Notes under the pieces: generated by a model
Databases searched by the model: none
What the model saw: the letters and a program-made list of their open reading frames with translations, nothing else
What the model was told of the DNA's origin: nothing
Made by a program: the position numbers and the translations under genes
Shown: positions 25,027 through 37,078 of the stretch, in pieces
Layout of the letters: every line of letters begins with the position of its first letter
How positions within the stretch are numbered: the first letter of the stretch is position 1
Origin: Octopus sinensis
Taxonomy: Eukaryota
Reading direction: 5' to 3'
DNA: 64,000 nucleotides
NCBI RefSeq assembly: GCF_006345805.1
Contig: NC_043018.1
Location: forward strand, 29,140,001 to 29,204,000

Positions 25027-27055
25027 ATATATACTATAGATAGATAGATAATAGATAGATAGATAGATAGATAGATAGATGCATACACACACATAAATAT
25101 AGGCGTGGTTTTGTGGCAGGCAGATTACTTATCAAAACCACATTAGACCAGGTGCAGTCGTACTGCTTGGAAGCTCGGGCAAATTTTTTTCTAATGTAAC
25201 CCCACGCCGACCAAGGCCTTGTAATTGGAATTGTTTGGCGAAAAAATGACATAAGCTTGTCATACATCCACAAGCGCATAGAAAACATACGCTTGCGGGT
25301 GTGTGGGTGTTTGTGTGTGTGTGGGTGGGTGTGTTTGGGTGTGTGAGAGAGAGAGTGGGGAGAAAGGGAGTGAATATCCGTATATGTATCCGTGTCTCTA
25401 AGATTTCCCACTCGTACATCCTAAGCAAACGAACACTAAATAAATATTTCCTGAAACACACGCTCACAAACAATGACACATTTATCTCGAGCCAAAGAAA
25501 CTCCCAGAGCAAAGTTGTCGTACGCACTAATTCACTTTCCTTCTAATAATATCTTACGTTCTGAATACAATTCACAATCGTCTTACCTATCGCCCCAGCT
25601 GTACGAGCTGCCATTGTCTTCCTAACCTAATAAATGTTAGAGTTCCCTACGTTTCAATCACAGACGCGATAGGTCACAGGGCGAAGCTCGAGAAGAATGT
25701 CAGTTTTTGACATAATATATTCAAAGATAGGTAGATAGATAGAAAGACAGATAGAATGGCAATGATATATATATATGTACATACATAAATACATATATAT
25801 ATATACATGTATATATACACATATAAATACACAAATATACATATGATTTGCCTAATGGTGGTTTTAATCTCTAATTTAATATAATATAATATTATATAGA
25901 TTATATATATATATGTATAATATATATATATATATGTATATGTATATATATATATTATATATATATATATATATATAATACGTATATTTATGTCTATACA
26001 CATCTATATACATATAATGTATACATACATAAATTTATTTTCATAAACATGATATATATATACACACATATATATCATATATGTGATATATTATATATAT
26101 ATATATATGTATATATATATTCATATATATTAATATATATATATAAATATTTTATCGTAAAAATGTTTAACTATATTGATGTGTGTGTGCTTGTGTGTGT
26201 AAATATTTAGATATACAATATATTAATGTGCGTGTGTCCGTGTGTGTGTGTGTATTTATGTAAATACATGGAAGCACGCAAACAAAATAAACACACATAG
26301 GCTTATGCATATATATGCATATATACATACATACATACATACGCACGTACACACGTACTTACGTATGTGTGTGTAGTGTATATGTAACTATGTATGTATG
26401 TACGTATGTATGTATGTATGCATTTTGTAGTTTTGCACTGATTCTTCATCTTCATCTTTGTCTTGTATGAGTTCCTGACAGTTCTGACAATATTTTTCCC
26501 CTTCGTATTTCTCTGTCGTACATTGTCAGAGTCTTTCAAAATTCTTCAGTTATGGTATGAAAGAGAAATACGTACACATCTATATGTCAAATTCTATACA
26601 GGAAAAAAAAAATAACATAAGAACATTCATTCATATTTGCATATACACATATATACACATACATTTGCTTACGTGCATGTACACACGCAAGCACACATAC
26701 ATTCGGATAAAAAGATCGATAGATAACGAATGAATAAATATTTGCGTCAATCTTGTGTGTATTTCGTTAACAATAAAATGCATGTTTCTTAGAATGTTAT
26801 TTATTTTTTAACGTTCTTTTGTATACGCTTGTCTGCTAGAAATACTTTCTTAATTCACTTTGAATTCAACCGATTTTGGATTGCCTTGATAATGTTTTGT
26901 TATATATTAATTTGACTGGTAATTTCTGTATTTAAATATGCTGGCACGATAGAAACGATTGTTGGTATTGCGCATTGTTATCAGCAATGAAAGTTGGGAT
27001 TTTCTCGATTCATATTCTTGCTGTCTTATACTGCAAGTATATGCATTTATGTATA

Positions 27056-27150
<95 letters not shown>

Positions 27151-27158
27151 GTATATAC

Positions 27159-27215
<57 letters not shown>

Positions 27216-27876
27216 TGTGTGTGTGTGTGTGTGTATGCATGCATGTATGTATGTATGTATGTATGTTATGTATGTATGTATGTATGTATGTATGTATTTA
27301 TGTATATATGTATGTATGTAAACTAAACTTACGATGAAAGTAAGCAAAGTTTCAGATACAGCAATAATTTGTTCTCAAAGGCATGAAAATGCTAATACAA
27401 TAGCATGAACATGATAAACTATCCATATATTGCAAAAAAAAAAACGTTATCAGCCAGCCAGCCATGTGACTCGAATTCAAATCCCTGTGATTATGCGTGA
27501 AGTACTTTACCTTTAAACTAAACTGCCCAGTAACGTATTGTTATACATCTCAACACTTCTAAAGCAAACTTTGTTTACTTTCATCGTAAGTTAAATTTAA
27601 CGCTTGTGTGGTATAAAGCTAGATTTATAATTCCTGAAATTGCAGAACAATTCGTTACTGGCCAGTGTAGCTTAAAAGTAAAGCATTTGACGCGTAATCA
27701 TATGGATGAGAGTTCTCGCCTCATGTCTGGCCGGTAACGAATTTTTCTGCGATATATGGATAGTCTATCCTGTTCGTGCTATTGTATTACTATTATGCGT
27801 TTGAGAATAAATTATATCAATATGTGTGTATATAAATACATATATATATAATATATATATATATACATATTATATC

Positions 27877-27908
<32 letters not shown>

Positions 27909-27945
27909 TATGTATTGTATGTATATATATGTAAGTATGTATATT

Positions 27946-27991
<46 letters not shown>

Positions 27992-28059
27992 CATGCATAC
28001 ACATATATATATACATACATACATACATACATACATACATACATACATACATGCATACA

Positions 28060-28290
28060 TACATACATACATATATAATGGGAAAGTTTACGAAAATAAA
28101 CAAAAGACGAGAAGGCAGGTGAAGTACAAACAAACAAATGTATTAGTATAGCGCCCAGGAATAGAAATAGAAAAAGTCTTTTACGCTTCGAGCCCACGCT
28201 CTTCGACAGAAAGATACAGAAAAAATATAAGGAGAGAAACGAGGAGAGAAAAAAAGGAGAGAAAAAGAAATATATATCACTACCCAGTGA
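28060..28290 (-). mobile_element. Short TA-embedded element with degenerate minimal hammerhead (28178-28213)
   Basis: CTTT-CTGTCGA-A-GAGC-GTGG-GCTC-GAAG-CG-TA-AAAG. Same fold as the motifs at 35454 and 36971. Confidence 0.55.
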
Positions 28291-29100
28291 TTAACACATA
28301 TTGAAGACGGTAAACCACCCAGAAACTCGGATCTGTGTGTATCACATAAGTCTAGAGATGGGAGAGATGACCTCCTTCGCAAATACTAATAGGACACACA
28401 CCGTGTGTCGTTTGCCAGCTGGAGGAGATGTCTTCCTGGGATTAAAAGCAACAGTAGTACTATGGCGGCGAACTGGCAGTCATTAACGCCAGAAGCAAAC
28501 CGCTTTGCCGTATTTCGTCAATTTTATGTTTTCACTTCAAATTCCGTCAAGGTCGACTTTGCCTTTTATCCTCTCGGGGTCAATAAAATGACTACCAGCT
28601 ATATGTTGCAAAATACAAACTTTGTGGTAAAGATTCTCAATGTAAAGCAATAGAGCAGAGACATTTATTTAATACATGAATCGATGTCTGTACCAAATTA
28701 TCTGTGCTTACACATCAATCCATCATATGTTTAGTTCCCTAGTTTCTTCTCACTGAGAAAATCAAACCAAGTTCTGCCAGATTAATTAGTTTCGTAATTA
28801 GTGCTTTGTAAATGAACTAACTTATGTTTGCTATCACTTTTAATACCCAACGCCTAGCATCAATCATATCTTTATTAAGTTTCAAAATATTTATATAATT
28901 ATTCCTGATTAGATGCAGCCTTCCTCACATAATCTTTATTTGATTTCCATTATGTGCTGTCTCTCATGCTAATAATGTTCTGACAACTGAAAGGTAATTC
29001 TTCAGTTATTTTATTCTTAATTAAGCTCTATCAGTTTAAACACTAATTACTTTCTGCGAAATATCGGTTGTTCTAATTCTGGTGGATAATATTTCCAGCA

Positions 29101-29460
29101 GAAGTGGCTATGTGGTAAGCAGTTTGCTTAACAACCACATGGTTCCAGGATCTCATCCCACTGCATGGCACCTTGGGCAAGTGTCTTCTACTATAACCTC
29201 GGGCCGACAAAATTTGTGAGTGGACTTGGTAGACAGAAACTGAAAGAAGCCTGTCATATATATGTGTGTGTATATGTTTGAGTGTCTCTGTTTTCTCCCA
29301 GCATCGCTTGGAACCGATGTTGGTGTGTTTACGTAGCCGTAGCTTAGCGATAAAATAAGTACTAAGCTTACAAAGAATAAAACCCAGGGTCGATTTGTTC
29401 GACTAAAGGTGGTGTTCCAGCGTGGCCGCAGTCAAATAACTGAAACGTGTAAAAGAACAA
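29101..29460 (+). mobile_element. SINE family B, near full length
   Basis: Both halves present with a short internal TA/TG run. Confidence 0.85.
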
Positions 29461-29582
29461 AAGAAAGATTTTGACGAGTTGTGTACTAGTTATGTAAACC
29501 AGTTGAACCCATATGAAGTAGCCTTATCTACGAATGTAGTTTATATATGAGTATCCATCCCAATAATTTCAGTCCATGCAGT

Positions 29583-29895
29583 GAAGGCGTGTGGCTCAGT
29601 GGTGAAGGGCATCCGGATAGCGATCGAGTGCGCCACCAGGCGGTACGTAGTGTCCTTGAGCAAAACACTTAATTCATCGTTGCTCCAGTCCACTCATCTG
29701 GCAAAATTGGTTAGTACCTGTAATACAAGGTGTCAGCCTTAGTATAATTTATGTCGCCTTGAATCTTTGAGAGCACTACTTTAGGGTTACGTGTGTCTAT
29801 GAAGTTCTCAGCTGCTTGCACGTTACTTTCGCGAGCAGGCTGTTCTGTTGATCGGATCAACTGGAACTCTCGTCGCCGTGACCAACGGAGTCCGG
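29583..29895 (+). mobile_element. SINE family C, near full length
   Basis: ggcgtgtggctcagtggt head; gtgtccttgagcaaaacactt core; tail gatcggatcaactggaac. Confidence 0.8.
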
Positions 29896-30181
29896 TTAGT
29901 TATGCGGAATGCATCATAACATCTGTCTATCACATTTGTAAAAAGTTCACAACATTTGGTAGATTCGTTTGTTTTTAATTTTTCCTCGTATAAATTATCC
30001 AGGAACAGCACAGATTTTTCGAACACATATAATGCGGAAATATTTATAACCCGCACTATTTTACATTAATCTCCAGGTCTTTGTAGTTTCACTTAACTAT
30101 TTTAGTAAAATTGATATTTGCTTAATTTAGATTTTGTTTATCAAGTTGAGCATCCCTGGTTTGGAAAAAAATAGATGAAGA

Positions 30182-30332
30182 CGTGGCTGTGTAGTAAGAA
30201 GCTTGCTCGCTACTCTATGATTCCGGGTTCAGTCCCTCTGCGCGGCTCTTTCAGCATGTGTCTTCTACTATAGCCTGGAGTGGACCAAAGTGAGCGGAAT
30301 TGGTTGAGGGAAGATGAAAGAAGCCCGTCGTA

Positions 30333-30407
<75 letters not shown>

Positions 30408-30411
30408 ATCT

Positions 30412-30488
<77 letters not shown>

Positions 30489-30804
30489 TAAATTAGAGTT
30501 CATTGTTTAAACCTCGCCAAGAAAATATTTAAACCACCTGATGAATGACTGCGACTCAAAAATTTGAAGACAGCAGGCAGGAAACGATCGTAGTGGGATA
30601 TTAATTATATATTTTTTTAATAATTTTGTTACATATTTAAATAATATAAATTAATCATATGTATTGGCTTAAGTCTTTCATTGTTTGATTTGCCTAATAG
30701 TGGTTTTGTCTCTAATTTAATATAATATAATATTTTACTATAAAATTGGATTCAATCCTAAATCTGATTTTTCCCTGTAAGTTTGGATTTATTCCCTAAT
30801 ATTT

Positions 30805-30836
<32 letters not shown>

Positions 30837-30849
30837 TTATATATATATA

Positions 30850-30887
<38 letters not shown>

Positions 30888-31080
30888 ATATATATGTGTG
30901 TGTGTATGTGAGATTGACAACCTACCACCGTTTGACAACCGGTGCTGTTGCGTTTACGTCTCCGTAACTTAGCGGTTCGACAAAAGAGCCGATAGAATAA
31001 ATAACATTTTTTTAAATATGGGGTCACTTCATTCGACTAAATATTCAAGGTGGTGCCCCAGCATGGCTGTTATCTTATGA
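30182..31080 (+). mobile_element. SINE family B split by an HHR-bearing insert
   Basis: 5' half 30182-30330, 3' half ~30905-31080. Insert ~30490-30805 sits in the internal microsatellite. Confidence 0.7.
30534..30596 (+). ncRNA. Type I hammerhead ribozyme, near intact
   Basis: CCAC-CTGATGA-[ATGACTGC...GCAGGCAG]-GAAA-CGATCG-TA-GTGG. Palindromic helix III ACGATCGT; A.G mismatch at the first helix II pair. Confidence 0.7.
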
Positions 31081-31269
31081 CGGGCAAAAATCCTGAACGA
31101 CTTTGTAAACGAGGGTTCCGAAAAATCCATGCCTTGCCTGTATTTGAACAGAGTTTTATATAAATGTATTAATTTACTTGACTCTTAGGATTCCTATGGC
31201 CGGACATCCGGTTCCAGTGGCGTATAAGTGAGTAACACCGCAGCACTAACCCTGAATGGTACGCCGGTC

Positions 31270-31470
31270 CTTTGCCGGGCTCAGGACCAGCAATTTTGAA
31301 GGTCAGAGTACAAGTCGAGTACTTCGTCCTTTGTTCTTTGCTGGATATTTATTTTATTGACCGCGATGAAATAAAAGGCTAAGCTGACACTTGATAGATT
31401 TGAACTCAAAACATAAAGAGTCAGAAGGAATGCTATTAAGCTTTTTGTCCGATGTGCTAACAATTTTGCC
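31270..31470 (-). mobile_element. SINE family A copy, degenerate
   Basis: gatttgaactcaaaac...gatgtgctaacaattttgccgcc. Confidence 0.55.
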
Positions 31471-32264
31471 GCCTCCCCTGCGCGCGCGCGTGAGTGTGTG
31501 TGTGTATGTGTGTATGTGTGTTTGTGTGTGCACGTGTGTGTTTGATTTTGCATGTGTGTTTATGTGTGCCTAAACATGAGAAATATGGAAATTGTGCTGC
31601 GTTATAACAAAGATGTATACATACATTCATACATACATACATACATATATATATGAATGTGTGTGTATGCACGCGCGTGTTTGTGTGTGTATATGTGTGT
31701 GTGCGTGAGTATGCGTATGTGTATGTGTGTGTGTATTTGAAGCGATTCCGAGCAGTGGAGTCATATTCCAAACGCCGTGTTTGGGAAAGCAAACATCATA
31801 ATTTCAGTGTCATGCCTTCCTAACCAAATTTTGAAATCAATATGTTTGGTCGTCTGTTTATAGAATCACTTCAACAAAGGAACGATTATATTTCATAAAA
31901 TCTTGAAATCCATACTTTCGCTATAAAATCCAGTTGAAATCGAAGAACACTTTATCATGGTATCAGCTGGTTTCCCCCCCGTCCCCGGCTTGTATTTAGT
32001 AGCATTGATCAAGTAAATATTCAGCTTTTTGAAGTCCACTGCTTTGAAAGCAACATTCTACTCTGTCTAAACTATAACAATATTGCAGAATATCGCTTTT
32101 CTTAGGTAGCTTTAGCTGCATCACTTCAAATAAAATACACACCACTTTCATTTTGCTCTCATATTTCTGTTTCAGTATTCTGAAGAGAAGCTATAATAAC
32201 AATGACTTACATTTAGGAATGTGGAGCTCTCTCTATGTTCATATTTAATACAAGTTTTGGCACA

Positions 32265-33030
32265 AAGCCAGCAATCTCAGGCGGAGGAGAGGAGATAAAT
32301 CAATTACATTAACCCCAGTGTTCAACTGGTACTTATTTTATCGACTCCAAAATGAGGAAAGTTTAAAAAGAAAGGGAAGGGAAATGTAATTCGGAAGAAA
32401 TGTCGCTAAGCATTTCTTCTGTCGCGATAACGATTCTCATTTCTTTACTGTCCACAAGGAGCTACACATAGAGGGGACAAACAAGGACAGACAAAAGGAT
32501 TAAGTCGATTACGTCGACTCCAGTGCGTAACTGGTACTTATTTAATCGACCCCAAAAGGATGAAAGGCAGAATCGACCTCGGCGGAATTTTAACTCAGAA
32601 CATAGCGGCAGACGAAATAACTATTTTTTTACTACCCACAAGGGGCTAAACGCAGAGGGGACAAAGAAAGACAGACAAACGGATTAAGTCGATTACATCG
32701 ACCCCAGTGCATAACTGGTACTTATTTAATCGACCTCAAAATGATGAACGGCAAAATCGAGCTCGGCGGAATTTGAAGTCAGAACGTAACGGCAAACGAA
32801 ATAACCATTTCTTTACTACCCACAGAGGGAACAAACACGGAGAGGACAAAACAAGGACAGACAAACAGATTAAGTCGATTATGTCGACTCCAGTGCGTAA
32901 CTGGTACTTATTTAATCGACCCCGAAAGGATGAAAGGCAAAATCGACCTCGGCGGAACTTGAACTCAGAACGTAGCGGTAGATGAAATACCGCTGAGCAT
33001 TTCGTCCGGCGTGCTAACGATTCTGCCAGT
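32265..33030 (-). mobile_element. SINE family A tandem multimer (one head, 3-4 bodies)
   Basis: Three ~180-bp repeats of ggggacaaacaaggacagac...ggcggaatttgaactcagaac. The 5' head occurs only at ~33030. Confidence 0.9.
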
Positions 33031-33287
33031 CGGCATTGTTGACTTCATTGAATACATAAAGCAAAATATGCCGAATATGCTCCTTTGTCACTTCCATTAG
33101 AGATTTGAAAAATTGAACTGCAATCTTCAAAACTTGCACTACGAATAAGACCTAGGTAAAATTACTACCTCCTTTCATAGAAAGTTGATGCGGGAAGTTT
33201 ATCCCACCACACTGCGACTTTTAATTAATGTAATTGAAAAACTGTGTAAGTTATGGAATGGCCCAATATATATAATATATATATATG

Positions 33288-33358
<71 letters not shown>

Positions 33359-33418
33359 CTGTATATACATATCTAATATATTAATATATATATATGTGTG
33401 TTGTGTGTGTGTGTATGG

Positions 33419-33460
<42 letters not shown>

Positions 33461-33636
33461 ATAACTGTATATATATATATATATATATGCATGTGTATAT
33501 CTGTATATTATATATATATCATGTAGGTGTGTATCTGTATATCAAGACTGACAAACATAACCACTCATATATATACATATGTATATATGTACATATACCT
33601 ATGTACATATATATATACCTATGTATATACGTATGC

Positions 33637-33670
<34 letters not shown>

Positions 33671-34138
33671 TATATGCATTATGTGTGTATATATATATAT
33701 ATATGTAATGTATATGTATACATTATATATAAGTAAAACATATATGTATATACTTATACATACATACATATATATATATATATACACTATATGCATTATG
33801 TGTGTATATATATATATATGTAATGTATATGTATACATTATATATAAGTAAAACATATATGTATATACTTATACATACATACATATATATATATATATAC
33901 ATATGTGTGTACGTATGTATGTATGTATATATAAATCTGTGTATACATCAAGAAAGGGTTTTTGATAGGTAGGGCGTGGGCAAGTCAAAAAGTCAAAGAA
34001 ACATATAGATTAATGAATGGAAAGTTCCATAGATATAATGATAGCCCCGTTGGATAATCTCTACAAGAACCAATGAATTGTGTGTAGAGAAAGGAAATCA
34101 ATGACTGGATATGTCATATCAATAATGATGATGATAAC

Positions 34139-34194
<56 letters not shown>

Positions 34195-35313
34195 CAACGA
34201 CAACAACAAATCAGCAGCAACAACAACAACTACAAGAATGATTATGCCATTTGTTTAAATGAGAATATGTTTTGTCCATAACTGCCGGAAATATGAAAAG
34301 AAAATCTTATTGATATTTTAGTTGGGGTTAAATACAGACAGTGACTTCTCAGTACATATTTGGCATATTTATTCATTTATTCCAATGTCAGACAAATCAA
34401 AGACGTTCTACATAGAAAAAGCAGGAAAACCCAAAGCGCACATTGGATTACAGACACATCAGTCAAGATTTCGCTCTTGGTCTCTCCCTCTCTTCTTTTC
34501 ATATATTTATTGATTTAGGTGTAGAAACAGACAATAGACCAATAGTGAAGTGTATAGACACACACACAATCGCATACAAACAAACACAGACGCTCACACT
34601 CAAATACATAAGCATCTACAGAAGTACTTACGTATACAGACGAATAACGGTAAGTTAAATACCATACGAAATTAAAACTTCATTTGTGACGACAGGGTTT
34701 CGGGTTGGGTCCCGCTGCCCGGCACGTTGGGGAAGTGCTGTATAGAATTGTCCAGGACTAACCGGGAGGCACAAGGGAAATCTTCCAAGTAGATTTTTTT
34801 ATATAACTGAAGATCTTCACACAGAACGCTGAACAAATACGAAAAATATTTGGCTATCTATGGTCAACTCACCTGATTTACAGTGAGGATATACCCTTTA
34901 TATAACACAACACACTGCTCGTTGTGGGAATCGAACTCACTACCTCATGATTATGAGCCCGCCCTTGTAACCACTGAGCCATGCGCGTTCATAAATATAT
35001 AACGCATGATATAATTATAAACAGGGCAAATTTTAACCATTTCTCAGCACACTGAAAAAGAAATTTACGAACAATCTTAATCGATTATTCGAAACTTATT
35101 GGGTCTCATCAGAAGAGCCCACATCATTACAACAGTCTTCGGCACAACATATAGCCAAACTCTTTATATAGTCAACAAATGCAGCACTTACTCTTTGAAG
35201 GAGTCCCTAATTTATATACTGAAAGTGTTTAACTCTATAAATACCACCGGCCTGTCAACGGAGATCTTAGCCGACACAGTATCAAAGTATGATATAATAT
35301 ATATTTAATACAT

Positions 35314-35348
<35 letters not shown>

Positions 35349-35353
<5 letters not shown>

Positions 35354-35560
35354 ATCCAAACAAGAAAACACAAAAAACAAAAAAAACAACAACGCGAGGA
35401 CGTGGAACAAATAAAGTATTATTGGACGCTCAGGAAAGAAGGGAAGAAGGAGGGTTTAACGTTTCGAGCGGAGCTCTTCCTCGGAAACATAGGAGAAGGA
35501 AAGATCCCGAGAAGGGAAGACAGAGGAAAAAAAAATCGGCAGCGGTATTCAAGAGGTCAC
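35349..35560 (-). mobile_element. ~200-bp TA-embedded element with minimal hammerhead (35454-35488, U4C)
   Basis: GTTT-CCGAGGA-A-GAGC-TCC-GCTC-GAAA-CG-TT-AAAC. Same family as 36880-37078 and the truncated copy 13520-13590. Confidence 0.7.
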
Positions 35561-35700
35561 ATATTCTTATATCTGGGGAGAGTAATTTTCTCTTTGTGCC
35601 TTGTAATTCAAAAACGATATGTATATATATATATATACACATATATCCATTTCTGTAGTTTTTGAAATACAGTTTCATTGTATCAAAGAACTACTTTCCT

Positions 35701-35873
35701 TTAAGAGATGCTAGCATCCTAGTTCTCTGGTTTATAAGAGACTTCAATGGAAAACCAAATATATTAGTTTTGTACTGAATATACATAGGTATTTGAAATA
35801 TTTATGACTGCAACGAAATGAAAACAATGTGGAAATTGACATGCAAGCATTCAGTAATTTAAAGATATTCAAC

Positions 35874-35877
<4 letters not shown>
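35701..35877. repeat. Dispersed repeat, paralogous to 46738-46913
   Basis: gatgctagcatcctagttct...ccaaatatattagttttgta...aaagatattcaaccc occurs at both loci, each ending in (TA)n. Confidence 0.8.
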
Positions 35878-35915
<38 letters not shown>

Positions 35916-36048
35916 AAGAAAAGTAAAGTGTGAAAAAACGACAGAAGCTTAAATGTTAAAAAAATATATATATTTGTGTCAAAATGTCTGGAGAATATTG
36001 GAAAAATTTTTTTCCTTTCCTTAAAATGACATAATTTTAAAATTTTTA

Positions 36049-36088
36049 AAGAAATTACCGGTTTCGCGTGTAGCTTTTCAAATTTCTT
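36049..36088 (-). ncRNA. Minimal type I hammerhead with U3:A8 core
   Basis: Reverse complement of 36650-36689. Confidence 0.8.
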
Positions 36089-36240
36089 GTGACGTTATTT
36101 TATATTGTATGGAATTATCGTTGTTTTTATTTCCAGGAGATTTCTAAATAAGGGGAGGTAGTGAGTGATTTTTCCGGTGTAGGGGAGATAATCGCTTAAA
36201 AAATTTTTTTCCTTTCCTCCTCCTTGTTAATTTCTCTGTG

Positions 36241-36375
36241 TCAGTATGTTCGATGGTTGAGTCTGGGTTTGTACTTTTCAATGAAGAATGTTTCCTTGTT
36301 CAGTCTCATTTGTGTTGATGATCCGAAAGCACATTGGTAAAATGGGAAGATTAAAAATTGTGGCAGTAGTTGCTT
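36241..36375 (-). pseudogene. GIY-YIG endonuclease C-terminal fragment (Penelope-like)
   Basis: FLIFPFYQC...QMRLNKETFFIEKYKPRLN matches the PLE endonuclease end pattern IFPFY...R..KE.FFI.K.KP.LN. Confidence 0.8.
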
Positions 36376-36649
36376 TGCCACAATTTTTAATCTTCCCATT
36401 TTACCAATGTGCTTCGGATCATCAACACAAATGAGACTGAACAAGGAACATTCTTCATTGAAAAGTACAAACCCAGACTCAACCATCCGAACATACTGAC
36501 ACAGAGAAATTAACAAGGAAATGGGAAAAAAAATTTTTTAAGCGATTATCTCCCCTACACCGGAAAAATCACTCACTACCTCCCCTTATTTAGAAATCTC
36601 CTGGAAATAAAAACAACGATAATTCCATACAATATAAACATAACGTCAC

Positions 36650-36689
36650 AAGAAATTTGAAAAGCTACACGCGAAACCGGTAATTTCTT
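36650..36689 (+). ncRNA. Minimal type I hammerhead with U3:A8 core
   Basis: AAGAAAT-TTGAAAA-GC-TACAC-GC-GAAA-CCGG-TA-ATTTCTT. Perfect 7-bp helix I, palindromic CCGG loop, GUA site. Confidence 0.8.
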
Positions 36690-36879
36690 TAAAAATTTTA
36701 AATTATGTCATTTTAAGGAAAGGAAAAAAATTTTTCCAATATTCTCCAGACATTTTGACACAATATATATATTTTTTAACATTTAAGCCTTCTGTCGTTT
36801 TTTCACACTTTACTATTTTCTTATATATTCACCCACGTGCTTTACCAAACAAACTTTCTTATCTATATATATATATATA

Positions 36880-37078
36880 TAGTTAATACAAACATGATAA
36901 CACAACAACGCGAGGACGTGGAACAAGCATAGTGTTATTGGACCCTCAGGAAAGGAAAGAAAGAAGGAGGATTTAACGTTTCGAGCGGAGCTCTTCGTCA
37001 GAAATATAGAAAAAGGGAAGCTCCAATGAAGGGAAGACCGTAGAAAAAAATCGCCAACGATATGCACGCGGTCACATA
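36880..37078 (-). mobile_element. ~200-bp TA-embedded element with minimal hammerhead (36971-37005, intact core)
   Basis: ATTT-CTGACGA-A-GAGC-TCC-GCTC-GAAA-CG-TT-AAAT. Confidence 0.75.

Larger units (their letters stand above)
35915..36870. mobile_element. Penelope-like element 3' end as a head-to-head ~450-bp inverted repeat
   Basis: Arms ~35915-36365 and 36376-~36822 with a 10-nt spacer. Each arm has the GIY-YIG C-terminus followed by an HHR; (TA)n on both sides. Confidence 0.88.

Noticed and set aside
32265-33030. CRISPR-like or satellite periodicity
   Set aside because: Units are ~180-bp SINE bodies with no unique spacers; eukaryotic context with no cas genes.
35075-35116. Minus-strand TCTT-CTGATGA-GACCC-AATAA-GTTTC-GAAT...AAGA
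   Set aside because: Probably a decayed hammerhead (counted only as degenerate). Two helix II mismatches and GAAT for GAAA, so it is not called as a functional ncRNA.
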